From contig LN717261.1 in assembly GCA_001244265.2 (NCBI GenBank), positions 682,001 through 746,000 on the forward strand: a stretch of DNA of 64,000 nt. The letters are read 5' to 3'. Made by a program: the position numbers and the translations under genes. Source of the stretch: Microbotryum violaceum (Eukaryota). Of this stretch, positions 1 through 10,622 are shown piece after piece; positions within the stretch are counted from its first letter, which is position 1, and every line of letters starts with the position of its first letter. The notes under the pieces were generated by a model. It made no database searches and was not told where the DNA came from. It was given only the letters and a program-made list of their open reading frames with translations.

Positions 1-119
1 AAGGTCTCAAGGTCAGCAAAGATTGCGCATAGATGAAAGCAGTGTAGAACCGTAGCCATCTGCAATAAAGTAACAGAACTGCTGATTCTCAATGTGAGGT
101 GGGCTCCGCGCGCCGAACC

Positions 120-192
120 TAGTTTCATAAGTTTTAAGGATAGTAGGATATAGTAGGATAAGTTTTAAGGATAGTAGGAATAGTTTTAAGGA
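120..192. repeat. Left end of a TAG-terminated (AcademH-like) DNA transposon with three subterminal AGTTTTAAGG repeats
   Basis: Begins TAGTTTCATAA at 120. AGTTTTAAGG occurs at 130-139, 161-170 and 182-191. The terminal motif resembles the ends at 5930 (rc TAGTTCCATAA) and 55674 (rc TAGCTTCATAA, which closes the helicase/DUF6589 element). Confidence 0.6.
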
Positions 193-976
193 ACGTTTTT
201 TATTATACTGTTTTTACCCTAACCAGTAAAAAAAAAGTGTCGATCCGCGACCACGTACCTAAAATCGCTGTTTTTGACTGTGTTGCGGCCCAGAGGGCCG
301 CCTATAGTGAATGTACCAGTACAGTATTGCGTCTGCCGTACCTGGCTGTGATATTGGCGTCCCGGCCAGAAGTCATGTACGACCCTTTTCAGGAAAATGT
401 TTGTTGATTTTTGGCGGGGTGCCCAACTATTGAGCAGTTTGTGTGGGATTTAATGTATAGAAAGCGCGTGGGTTGGCATGACACTTCTTCTACAGAGCTC
501 AGGCGTGGTCTCGCTGTCGTTGACGCGCGTACGCGGGCGCCACTAATAAGCTGCGCGATGCCCCGTCGATCACGTGACGTATTTCTGGCATCCCGATACC
601 GGTTTTAGGGGCTCAACAACAACATGAGGTTCCAGGCGCTGTGAATACTCCTACGAATACTCCCGCGCTACTCTCTCGAATTTTCGCCTTTTCCCTCCCA
701 CTCTCATCGAATTTGCGTGACGATCGCGCCGAGTCTTTGGCGCGAGGGTACTCGCGCCGTACGATAGCGTACCGGGAGGGCTTGAATCTTGACGCAGGCA
801 AGGCGCGGCCAACCCTTCCAGGCCTCGCGACCGAAAATCGTTGGAGACTGTAACACTCTCTTATCCAGAAGTGATCACTCAATAGTTGTCACCTGATATC
901 GCCTTTCGTCTTCTGCCTCTTATGGACGGCGCTCCAGTCGGTCCGCGAGTGCCAGATCTCTTTCAATGCCTATTCT

Positions 977-3900
977 GTGGTCAACGCTACGCCTCGCTCG
1001 TCGCCAAGTCAGTCCATTAACGACAGGCCCATGCACTCGACCGAGAGGAGCCAGAGCCAAGTACGCGCGCAGAAGCTGAACGACGTCGACTCGATCGACT
1101 CTACTGGGCCGGTGCACGCAACGACAGCATCAAGCGAATGCAACGTGAGCGAGCCCGTGGGCCTCGACAGCGTCCGCCCAACCAAGCGAGCGACTCAAAG
1201 TTCGTCCTCTGAAGACGAGCAATTCTACGACTCGTCCTCGGAGGACGAAGACCTGCCTTTAAGTCAAAACCGTACACCTTGGGAACGAAATCAACGCAGA
1301 AAGTTCCGCACCGAAACGCACCCTCAAGCCGGCTGGGCGTGCGACGCCGCTGGCAATTACTGCGAAGTCCAAACGCTACCGCCACTACCGCACACCGAGT
1401 TGTACGATCCAACAAATCTATACTATCCTTTCGAGTCCGAGTTCGCCTTCGAATTTGCCAAACATGCGCAAAAATATCGCTTGTCAGAATCCCAGTTCAA
1501 CAACCTGATTCGAATTCACAAGGGCGTCGGGGTAAGTGGCACCGGGTGGCGTATCAGTTTATGTGCTCATCTGTTGCTAGTCTTTGCAGATCGACTATCA
1601 GTATGCAAATCGTGACGCGTATCGGGCGATCTTGGATAAGGTTCCTTCTGGTTAGTCCGTCCAACTCGTTGCCGATATCCCTGCTGACCGAGACCCCCTC
1701 TGGCGGCACATTTTGCAGCGAAATGGACTACTTTTCATGAAGCGACTCTGAAATTGACGGCTCCGTCCCTCTGCTGGCCTGAACACTTGTCCACCTTGCC
1801 CTTCTTGCTACAGGTAAGCCCGTATTGCACGGGTGATCATGAGGAGTCGAATTGCTGACTGGTCGATAATGCCAGTCTCACACATTTTGGGTTCTGGACA
1901 CGGCTGAGGTCCTATGCCATCTTCTGTCGTCGCCCATCTTTTCGGGACACCAAACGTACGCGCCACAAGAACACTTCGAAGTCTGCAAAGATGGCACCGA
2001 GACTCAATTCTATTCGGAACCTCACACTGGCACCAAGGCGTGGAATTTTCAGGTGAGCGCGCGCGTGTCGGACCTTCATGATATGGTCCAAGTCTCTAAC
2101 CCGACGTCACTGTCGGGATTAACTCAATTTTTACAGGCTAGTCTAGATTGCTTACGTGATTTGGGGATCCGGATCAATACAAGTCATGATGCAACGGCTC
2201 TTTCAGCGGGTACCGGCACCGCATCTGCCCACCCCATCTATCTTTCATTGTCGATCCATGCGGGGTTTCTCAAGCGGGAGGATCGTGGCGGCCTAGTTCT
2301 CATCGGCTTTTTTCCGAAATTAACTCGTTAGTGAATTAAACTTCTTCTACTTCGATCATCAGATCGATGTTTACGTTGCGTGTATCTTCATAGGCACCGA
2401 CAAGGGCAATGACGAGTTGTGGCGGATGTACTGGCGAGGAGTGAAGCACTGCATTTTGGAGTGAGTGACATTGTTCTGGCATGCAATACCTGCTCATTTT
2501 GTAACGAGCTGGTGACCGATCTACAGGCAACTGTGGCAACCCATCAAGCGCTACCTCTCGGGCCGGCATTTGTTTCAGTTCGCCGATGGTCATCACCGCT
2601 TCGCACGCGTCTATTTCGGCCCAACGGCTGTGGACTACCCAGATGCGTGTTGGTTGACTGGTGTGGCATCAGGAAATGTTGTTTGGTCAGTATTGTCATC
2701 TTGGTCGTCTGGCTGACGAACTGTAGCTGATCCGTTTGTTTTAATCGCCTCCACAGTTATGACCGCAAGCATTCGGAGCTCCACCTAGGACCAGGGACAC
2801 CTCGGACGAGCACTAGCTCTGCCTCGCTCCGCGCTGAAGCGAGGCAAGTGGGCGGAAATCTCGGTCGCAATATCGCGGCTCTACGAAAATATGGGCTCAA
2901 TTTCGGTCGCATAAGTAATTCTGTCCCGTAATCGAGCCACCCGAGATCGAGGAACTCGACGAGTGCGGTGCTGATGCGTAAGCTCGCGATCGCACAGACC
3001 GTGTGGGATGCGCTACAAGTTGATGGCCATGAGCTCTGTATTTCTGATTCACTTCATCATTTGATCAAAGGTGACCTCTTCACTGTGCTTCTAAGCCATT
3101 CATTATTGCCTTTGGGCTGACTGGTTTTTGGCTTGGCAGGAATGGTGAAAGACATTACCATCGACACCCTCCTGATGGGCTTCTTCAAAGACATCGAGAC
3201 GAATGCAACTTTCGAGACAATCATGACTCGAATTGCGAAAATGTCAGTTCCTTAATGCTTAGTATACAAATCAGCTCCGTTGCGGTGCACTGATGTTTCT
3301 GTTTTCGTTCTGAGCAGCCTCAACTTGATGCCCATGCACGCGCTGCAGCGAAGATTCAAGGATGGGTTCCAGCACATGAATTGGACCGGAGACCATACTC
3401 GCAAACTTATGAATGTGGGTTTCAGTTCTTGTTTGTGATGGATATCGAGTACCATTGAAGATCTTGCTGGTCGTCGATCGTGCACAGGTCTTTGGCGCGG
3501 CGTTGTGGGGTCAGTCCGAGACGTGACGACCAACCCCTTGACAATGATGTTCCTCGAGCTTACATGCTATCCTTCATACCAACAGATGTTTCATGGGTTG
3601 ACGACGATAACCACATACGGAGTATCGTTGACGACATATCGGTCATTTTTGCGATCCTCTCTCAAATCATCATGTACGCTACCTCATTGGAGTCGACTGA
3701 AGCCGACTTGGAGAATCTGGAGTTCCTGTATGCGATATATATGAAGGTGATTTCATAGGTGCTGTAGACGGAGATGACCCGCAAGACCAACTAATTGGAT
3801 TCAACTGAGCACGCAGCTCCTTACTGAGACCTTCAACCGCGAGCAAATATCGAGCCGGACCGGTCAGACTAAGAATCTTGGATTCAATTGGCCGCGGCTG

Positions 3901-5272
3901 CACGCGATAGGGCATTACGCTGAGTGGACTCGCAAGTGGGGAGTGGCCCCTCATTCGAACACGCCGGATGGTGAAGTGAGTATTTGAGTCTGGCATTGGC
4001 CTGTTGCTTCGAACTGGCCCTATTTCACCACTTGTGTCCCGGAAGCGCGCTCACATTGACAACGCAAAGGTCCACTATCGCTCGAGCAACAAGTGCAACG
4101 CCGATGGTCAGATCCGTGCAGGAGTGACTCGATCGGAGGTCATGCAGGCACTCATTGATGTGATCAAGATATCTGAGCACACTGCAGCCACCGGGGCCAC
4201 AGATGTCATCAAGATACCGGTCCGCCCAAGGAGGATGGTGACGCTTCCTGACCGAGCAGGTAAGATTATGTGTTTTGCCCTCCGTGCGAATCGAGCACTG
4301 ACTCTGGCTTCTGCTCCTCCAGCCGGACAATCCCGCCGGATCGTGAACCTTGAAACTCTAGCTGGTGCAATGGGGCAACAGGACTTAGTGCTGTTGGTAA
4401 GTCCTCATCTCCGTGATTTTGTGCTTAAGCTTAGGCTCGAGCCCAATCTGAGACCGTTCTTCTACATCGCCTCCGTGCATTTCGGAGTGCCCTACCGTCA
4501 AGCCGCTTTCGCCACGTATCCTGCGAAGTCGTTCTACAGCTTAAAGGTCAAGGATGCCATGTATCCAAACCCTCCACAAGCGACACGTGACTCCGCCAGT
4601 AAGCCGCTTCAATTTTCTTGAGTGTCTGTCTTGGCGGAGCTGACACCCGTTTTTGCCTCAGTTGCTCTGGAGCAGACAGTTTGGGCGCATCCGAATTATC
4701 CTCATCGCGGTGAAGGAAAGAAGGGACCAAGATATGATTGTGTGCTCGTACACAATCATTCACGTGAACGGGCGCGGCAACCCGACACTTATTGGGACAG
4801 AGCCTGGAACGCGCTTCGACCGTTCACCGTATTGCACATCAAGGGCTTCTTCTCCGTAAAAATTGGGGACACATGGCATGAGTTGTGCGTTGGAGAGGAA
4901 TGTGACTGGGTGAGTACCTGCTGTATTGTGGTTGCTCCCGCTCTGCAGTTGACCACTGCGTAAGCTCATTTCACTTCACAGGATGAGCACTCTCCTCAAA
5001 ACAGTGCATTCTTGACTCCGATACTCCGCTTCCAGAGAGAACCTGACGGTCGAAGGAAACGACGCGTCTTTCCAGTCAGAGATGTATTGCGAACAGCGTT
5101 CGTCCAGCCGCTCTTCGGTCAAGCAGAGCTATCACCGGACTGGGATTTCATGAACATCATGGATGAATGGCAAGATGACTTCACTATGAACGTGGTCAAA
5201 GATCAGCATATAGTCCATTGCATCGGTAAGATTTTCGGAGTCAATATCCTCAAAGATCAGAGGGAGCGGTGA
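977..5272 (+). pseudogene. Plavaka-family transposase, multi-exon, degenerate
   Basis: Fragments in the expected order: YYPFESEFAFEFAK..LSESQFNNLI; FYSEPHTGTKAWNFQ; SHDATALS..AHPIYLSL..LVLIGFFPKL; DSLHHLIKG; RFKDGFQHMNWTG; AHPNY..GPRYDCVLV. Stops and frameshifts are present. Possible CACTA ends at 541 and 5458 (8/10 match, no TSD). Confidence 0.75.
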
Positions 5273-5540
5273 TGCGAAGCAACGTGCGGCGGGTGGGCCG
5301 ACGAACAAAGGAGCCCCTACATAGCATTTGAAATGTCAGTATATCATGTATGGCACGCACTTGCTGGATAAAATATAAAATTTATGGCTGTGTTTGCAAT
5401 GACTACATCAGGATGTGAGCACTACTGCCTGCCGTGTGGTACAAGACTCTGACTAGTGTGTATAAGACCGTGACAGCGAAAACAATTTATTGAACAAGTT
5501 GCTACTTCAGTGTGACGAAGTGGTGGATCTAGACGCGATC

Positions 5541-5634
5541 CAGAATGATTCAGAATGATTCAGAACGATTCAGAACGATTCAGAACGATTCAGAACGATT
5601 CAGAACGATTCAGAACGATTCAGAACGATTCAGA
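5541..5634. repeat. 10-bp tandem repeat (CAGAAYGATT) x9
   Basis: Directly visible: 2 x CAGAATGATT followed by 7 x CAGAACGATT, plus a partial unit. Confidence 0.95.
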
Positions 5635-5899
5635 CGGTAAAGTCATCTAGACAATTTAGCCGCGCACCGGCAAGTGGTAAAGTTCCTGATGGCAGTGGTA
5701 TAACGGCCCTCGCCGCGAGGGAGAAACGAGGTGCGAGGGAGTTCCGAGTCAGATATCAGAGGACCGTGAAGCAACGGAAGTGGGTCAAAGTCGTCACTCT
5801 CGAGATGGATTGGGACGAGGAAAAATGCGATCAAGGACGATGTTGTTGCTTGCAGGAAGCAAAGGAACGTTTACAAAAGGGGCGCTTTTATAGCAAGAC

Positions 5900-5930
5900 C
5901 CGGGGAAACTTATCGAAGGTTATGGAACTA
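5900..5930. repeat. Right-hand TAG-type transposon terminus (..TTATGGAACTA)
   Basis: 10/11 inverted match to TAGTTTCATAA at 120-130. The flanking 9-mers do not match, so no TSD. Confidence 0.45.
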
Positions 5931-6099
5931 TCTCAAAAGAACGAAGAATATGTGTAGAAGGGGATAGAAGCGACCCGGAAGAAAGAAAGAGCATGAGCAC
6001 GAGGCCTGAGATCCTTCGAGGAGTGGAAGCCGATGGACGCCGATGGAACGACCGAGCTTCGGCCAAGGAGCGTGACGATGCAATCCAATCGAAGGAAAA

Positions 6100-8541
6100 C
6101 GTGGAAGGTAATGGAGCCGATTCGAAGCTTTGACGGTTGATCGTAACAATGGCGCTGGAGCACTGCCCGCTCACCCAGGTCTTTCACGTCACCGCCATGG
6201 TAACTCCAAACCTATGAATTCCGACTTCAGCTCCGATGAATGGATCATAATCTGCGGTTCTCAACACGTTGGGTCAGCGCATGCAGCTGAATACCCACTC
6301 GTGTACCTGGCATACCCTTTCGGCTTCCATGGTCGACTCGGACTCCACGATGTACGATGGCGGGTTGATGAGCTCTGGGATGGCTTCCATGCTCGTGACA
6401 ATCCCGTGTCGCTCCAAAGCCTCGCGCAGTGGCGATATCTGTGGCCGCGGGGATGCTTCTAACACGCAGGCGCCTCGAACGGTTGTCGAGGCGATGCCTG
6501 CAGATATCCGCACTGCTCCACGGCCGCCCACAATGTGATCCTCGTCCTCGCTGCGCCCGACCTGCTCCTCCAGTGCCATCATGGCATGACAGAGCACCTT
6601 GCGAACAAGCATCGCCCGAGAGCTGCAGCCTGCAATCAAGACCAAAATTTGTCCCTCTCAATCCGGGAACATCTGAAGCGACTGATCGAATCTACACTCA
6701 CTCCAACTCGCAAGCGTGCCAGCTCGAGTTCGCCCTTCACAGCTTGTTCCGCACGCTCGGATTCCGTCCGTAACATGGCTCCGTTAGCCGACGCAAGACG
6801 CAACTTCTTCTTGAGGGCAGCCTTTTCTGCCCTATCGGAACATGCACCAACTTTCTCCAGCAGTCTCTTCTGCTCAGCCGCGTTCTTCTCGAGCCTGACC
6901 GCAATGTGTGGGCGTGCGAAATGGTCGGCCATAACACTTGGAGTGAACAAAGCAGTCGAACCGGCACCAGAGGCCGCCAGATGAGGTACCCTCTCCCAAG
7001 GATTCGAGGGCACCGGTGAAAAAGCTATCCGTACGCCGGAGCTGGAATGGTGGGTGCCGGCTGGCATGCGATACACCCGAACAAGCGGTTGCCTAGAACG
7101 GCATCGGGACTGTTGAGCGCCAGCTCGGCTTGTGCAGGAGCGTGATAGATGACGACCGCACGACGATAACCCGCATTCACCTCAGCAGCGAAGATGTCGC
7201 CGAATCTACTAAAGTACTCAACCACATCAGCCTGATCGACCTTGTCGCTTGGTATATTCTCGATCCTGATCGCGCAAGTCGAGAGGGGCGGTACGAGTGC
7301 CCGCCGCTTCCGCTCTCGACCAGATCCGGGCTCTACCGCGCGGTCGTACGCAATGGATCCAGTGGGTCGCTGACGCTTGGTATGGATCGGCGCGATAGGC
7401 GGCGCCCCTATCGGCCGAGGACACGCAGCAGCACTTGCCGGCATCGAAAGCTGATGAGGGCGTGCAGCGGGATCCTGCGGTGCACGTTTCGACGGGGGCA
7501 GTGCACCCACATCGCCGCGCACATCGTGCAGATAGATGCACATCAAGCCTCGCGGACAGAAGCCGTAGCCTGCGAGAGAGACAGCTTGGCTTTAGCGCAA
7601 CAGACGGTGTCCAGCCATCGGCCCGGGCAGGGAAGAGATTCGTTTGTCCGAGCCGTCGAAGAATCACGCTTGCCCCGAGCCTCTGCAAACGAGACGCAAG
7701 GGCTCTAGGCGGCGCAAGCAAAGGAGATGGACGGCGTAGGTGTAGTCGGTGTCGATATTTGTAGTGTGCCTCGCTTACGATGGTAAGCTTCGCACAAGAG
7801 AGGCCGTGGGTCGGTTGAAGGCCACGGCGTGATCGGGGAGGGGCTCAGATTGAAGGAAGGGGCCTATCCAGCGGCAGCGGTTCGGGGTTCCGGTTGGATC
7901 CAGTTAGCAGCCACCTCGAGTTGACTAGCATCGCTTCGAAATAGTTGTGATCTCTTGGTATCTCGCGGCCCTCGTGCTTGCGTCTCCGAGGCCGTTACCG
8001 CCGAGGACGAGCTATTGAACGGCACTGGTCCATCTGGCTTTGTTGACGACGTAGAAGCGCTGGTGAGGTAAAAGAGGCGCGAGATGAAGGCGGAGGTCTC
8101 TGTGCAATGGACAACCCAAGCGGCAACAGGCGAGACCAAATGGTGCTGTCGAATGTCAGCCAGTGGCCGGCGGGACCAGACAGCCCAATGGAGCCGACTC
8201 GGCTGAGGCCGAAGACAGGACGTACGAGGGCCCAAGAACTCCTGCAGCTGGATGGCGCAATGCTTCTTCAATTGCGCAAAAGGCGCGTCATGTTTGAGTA
8301 AGGCCAAGACGTACTCGGCGAGAACGTGGGGATCTGCATCAGAACTGTTCGCGTCAAGGAGTTGCCCAATCAGCTCTCTCGCGCCGTACAAGACCACTCG
8401 GTGCGCCGTGGTCTGCCGCGGTGATAGTTGATGTCCACAGCAATGGTGAGATTTGGGACTTGAGCCATCGAAATTGACTTGCATTGGTTCGAGTTGCTGT
8501 AGCAGCCACTGACGCAATTTGGTCGGGTTGAAGTCGAGCAT
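6100..8541 (-). CDS. RBM26/RBM27-like RNA-binding protein (PWI, CCCH zinc finger, two RRMs), multi-exon; 3' end approximate
   Basis: MLDFNPTKLRQWLLQQLEP / SDADPHVLAEYVLALLKHD (PWI); CEAYH..GFCPRGLMCIYLH (CCCH); IRIENIP..VVEYFSRFGDI..AELALNSPDAVLGNR (RRM); second RRM-like segment ~6280-6480. Apparent 1-nt frameshift near 7083. Confidence 0.75.
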
Positions 8542-9192
8542 CGCTGGGCAGTAGGATGCCAGCTCAGCGTGGTTCGTCGCTCGGTTTCGGCGCAAAGTCG
8601 ACCGAAGTCAGTCGCTCGCTTCGCACCGCAGTCGCCTCGCCAGGCAGCGCCAGGCGGACAGAGGCGGACCGAGCGTTGCCTAAGCCTCGGATCGCTTGCG
8701 GCTGGCGCAGGAGGGCGCTGGAGGGCGCTGGAGGGCGCAGGAGGGCGCCGAGTCGCTCTGGCCCGGCCGCGACAAAATCTCTGTCTGCCTCCCCCGTTCT
8801 TGTTGCGTCCACCAAAAAACGCAAGGTCAGTCCCACGCAGCGATCCTATCTAGACCCAGTCGGACCCGAGATCGTGGTAGATTGGACACTCGTGGAACAA
8901 CATCGCATTCATTCTGTACTGGCCGTGCACTGGCCTCTCGTCCCTCGTGTTGCACGCCGACGTCGCTGCGATGGGCCTTTGCTGCCCGCCGTCAACGCAC
9001 ATTCTCGTGCCCTCCAACGCTGCCGCCCTGCCGCCCTGCCCGTCTCGCTCTGTGTTTGAACTCCTTGAGCAACGAACCACTGACACTTGCTTTCTTTTTG
9101 ATCATTCCTTGGTTATGTGCCTGTACCAACCCTGGCCCCGTCCCGCCACGTCGTCTCGTCTCCCTTCACGCCGCGCCGATCCGCCCACAGCC

Positions 9193-10001
9193 ATGGGACG
9201 TTTCCAGGAATATCAGGTCATCGGCCGCAAGCTGCCGTCCGAGAAGGAGCCGCAGCCAAAGCTTTACCGCATGAGGATCTTTGCGCCCAACGATGTTGTC
9301 GCCAAGTCCCGCTTCTGGTACTTTTTGCGAAAACTGCGCAAGGTCAAGAAGGCGACTGGTGAAGTGGTTGCCGTCAACGTCGTACGTGGCCCTGGTCCAT
9401 CATCCAGCCTGGCTCGCCCTCGCCTTCGCCGCCGCCGCCGCGTTGCCAGCATTTCTGCTCTCTTACTGATCGTAGGCACTTCGCCTCTCCCTACAGATTA
9501 ACGAGAAGAAGCCCCTTGTCGTCAAGAACTTGGGCATCTGGCTCCGCTACGATTCGCGATCGGGAACCCACAACATGTACAAGGAATACCGTGAGCTGAC
9601 CCGTGCAGACGCCGTGCACGCCTGCTACCAGGACATGGCTGCACGTCACCGTGCTCGCTTCCGTTCGGTTCAGGTTAGTATTTTTCAGTCCCGGTATCGC
9701 GTCGTGGCAGGCAGTGTTTTCCACCGGCAGCCTTCACTCCTTCCCTCCGGCCGTTCACTTTCTGCTGCACGGTTGATCCGTATGGCCTCGCAGGCTCGAG
9801 TCCGAGCCATGAAGCTCACTGGGTGCCCTTTTTGTGCCACGGTTCTAGATTCTTCGCGTGGCCGAGATTGAGAAAAACAGCGACGTTCGCCGCCCCAATA
9901 TCAAGCAACTCATCGCCCTGAACAATCGCTTCCCCTTGCCCCACCGAGTCGTCAAGAGCCGCAGTTTGTTCCTCGCCAACCGACCATCGACCTTCTACTA
10001 G
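9193..10001 (+). CDS. RPL20: 60S ribosomal protein L20 (eL20/L18ae); exons 9193-9381, 9497-9673, 9849-10001 (172 aa)
   Basis: [87 protein letters not shown] introns keep the frame. Confidence 0.97.
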
Positions 10002-10563
10002 GTGGAGTCTGGCTATTCCGGCATATTTGGCAGAGACGCTGGGGGTCTGATACGGGGACGGGAGGAGGACGCGCTGCAGGTATCGGCCCTGGGGTGAATC
10101 GTAATGTACTTCGCCGCAGGGCAGCTATATCTGGACCAGTTTTCGCCCGTACTCGCAATCCAAAGACAAGCAAAGGGTGCTTATTGCCTGCAGTGGTGAT
10201 CTCGCCCGAGGCTGGTCTGTTTGCCTTGCTTGTGAGGTTTGACAACGCTGGCTGCCGCCGGAAGCTTCTGGCATTACGCCAGGATGCTCGAGTTCGCATG
10301 AAGAATGCTGATAACATACAGAATGCCGGTGACACGAACGCCAATGACTGCGAGTAATTTGTCGTCTTAGCACGCGACGCAGGAGAGTTTTTGTGGCTAG
10401 AGCTACGATATCAGACCTCATCAGAGCACTTCAGATTTTATCAGACTCAAGCTCTCCCAATTTTCAACGGACTGCGACCGCGGCAGAATCTCTGAAAAGC
10501 TCCCAGAGGCCCATCAAGGAAAACGCCCCTTTCTGATTGTTTTACTCTAACTAGTTACTCTAG

Positions 10564-10622
10564 TCCTTAAAACTATAAACTAGTAACCCTTAAAACTTAT
10601 CCTTAAAACTTATTCATCCTTA
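10564..10622. repeat. Inverted copy of the subterminal repeats seen at 120-192 (three CCTTAAAACT), cut by a Helitron 3' end
   Basis: CCTTAAAACT at 10565-10574, 10588-10597 and 10601-10610 is the exact reverse complement of AGTTTTAAGG. Confidence 0.75.

Noticed and set aside
5541-5634. Regular short repeats resembling a CRISPR array
   Set aside because: Head-to-tail 10-mers with no spacers, in a eukaryotic context. A simple minisatellite.
7075-7090. Frameshift in the RRM of the RBM26/27-like gene (NR-[F]-VRVY needs one more T), read as pseudogenisation
   Set aside because: A single-base loss in a short homopolymer. Similar losses occur at ~27050 and in the copy-1 5' LTR G-runs, so long-read consensus error is at least as likely. 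Needs read-level checking.
8840-9190. Possible intronic snoRNA upstream of RPL20 (acceptor-like CAG just before the ATG)
   Set aside because: No convincing C/D or H/ACA boxes seen by eye.
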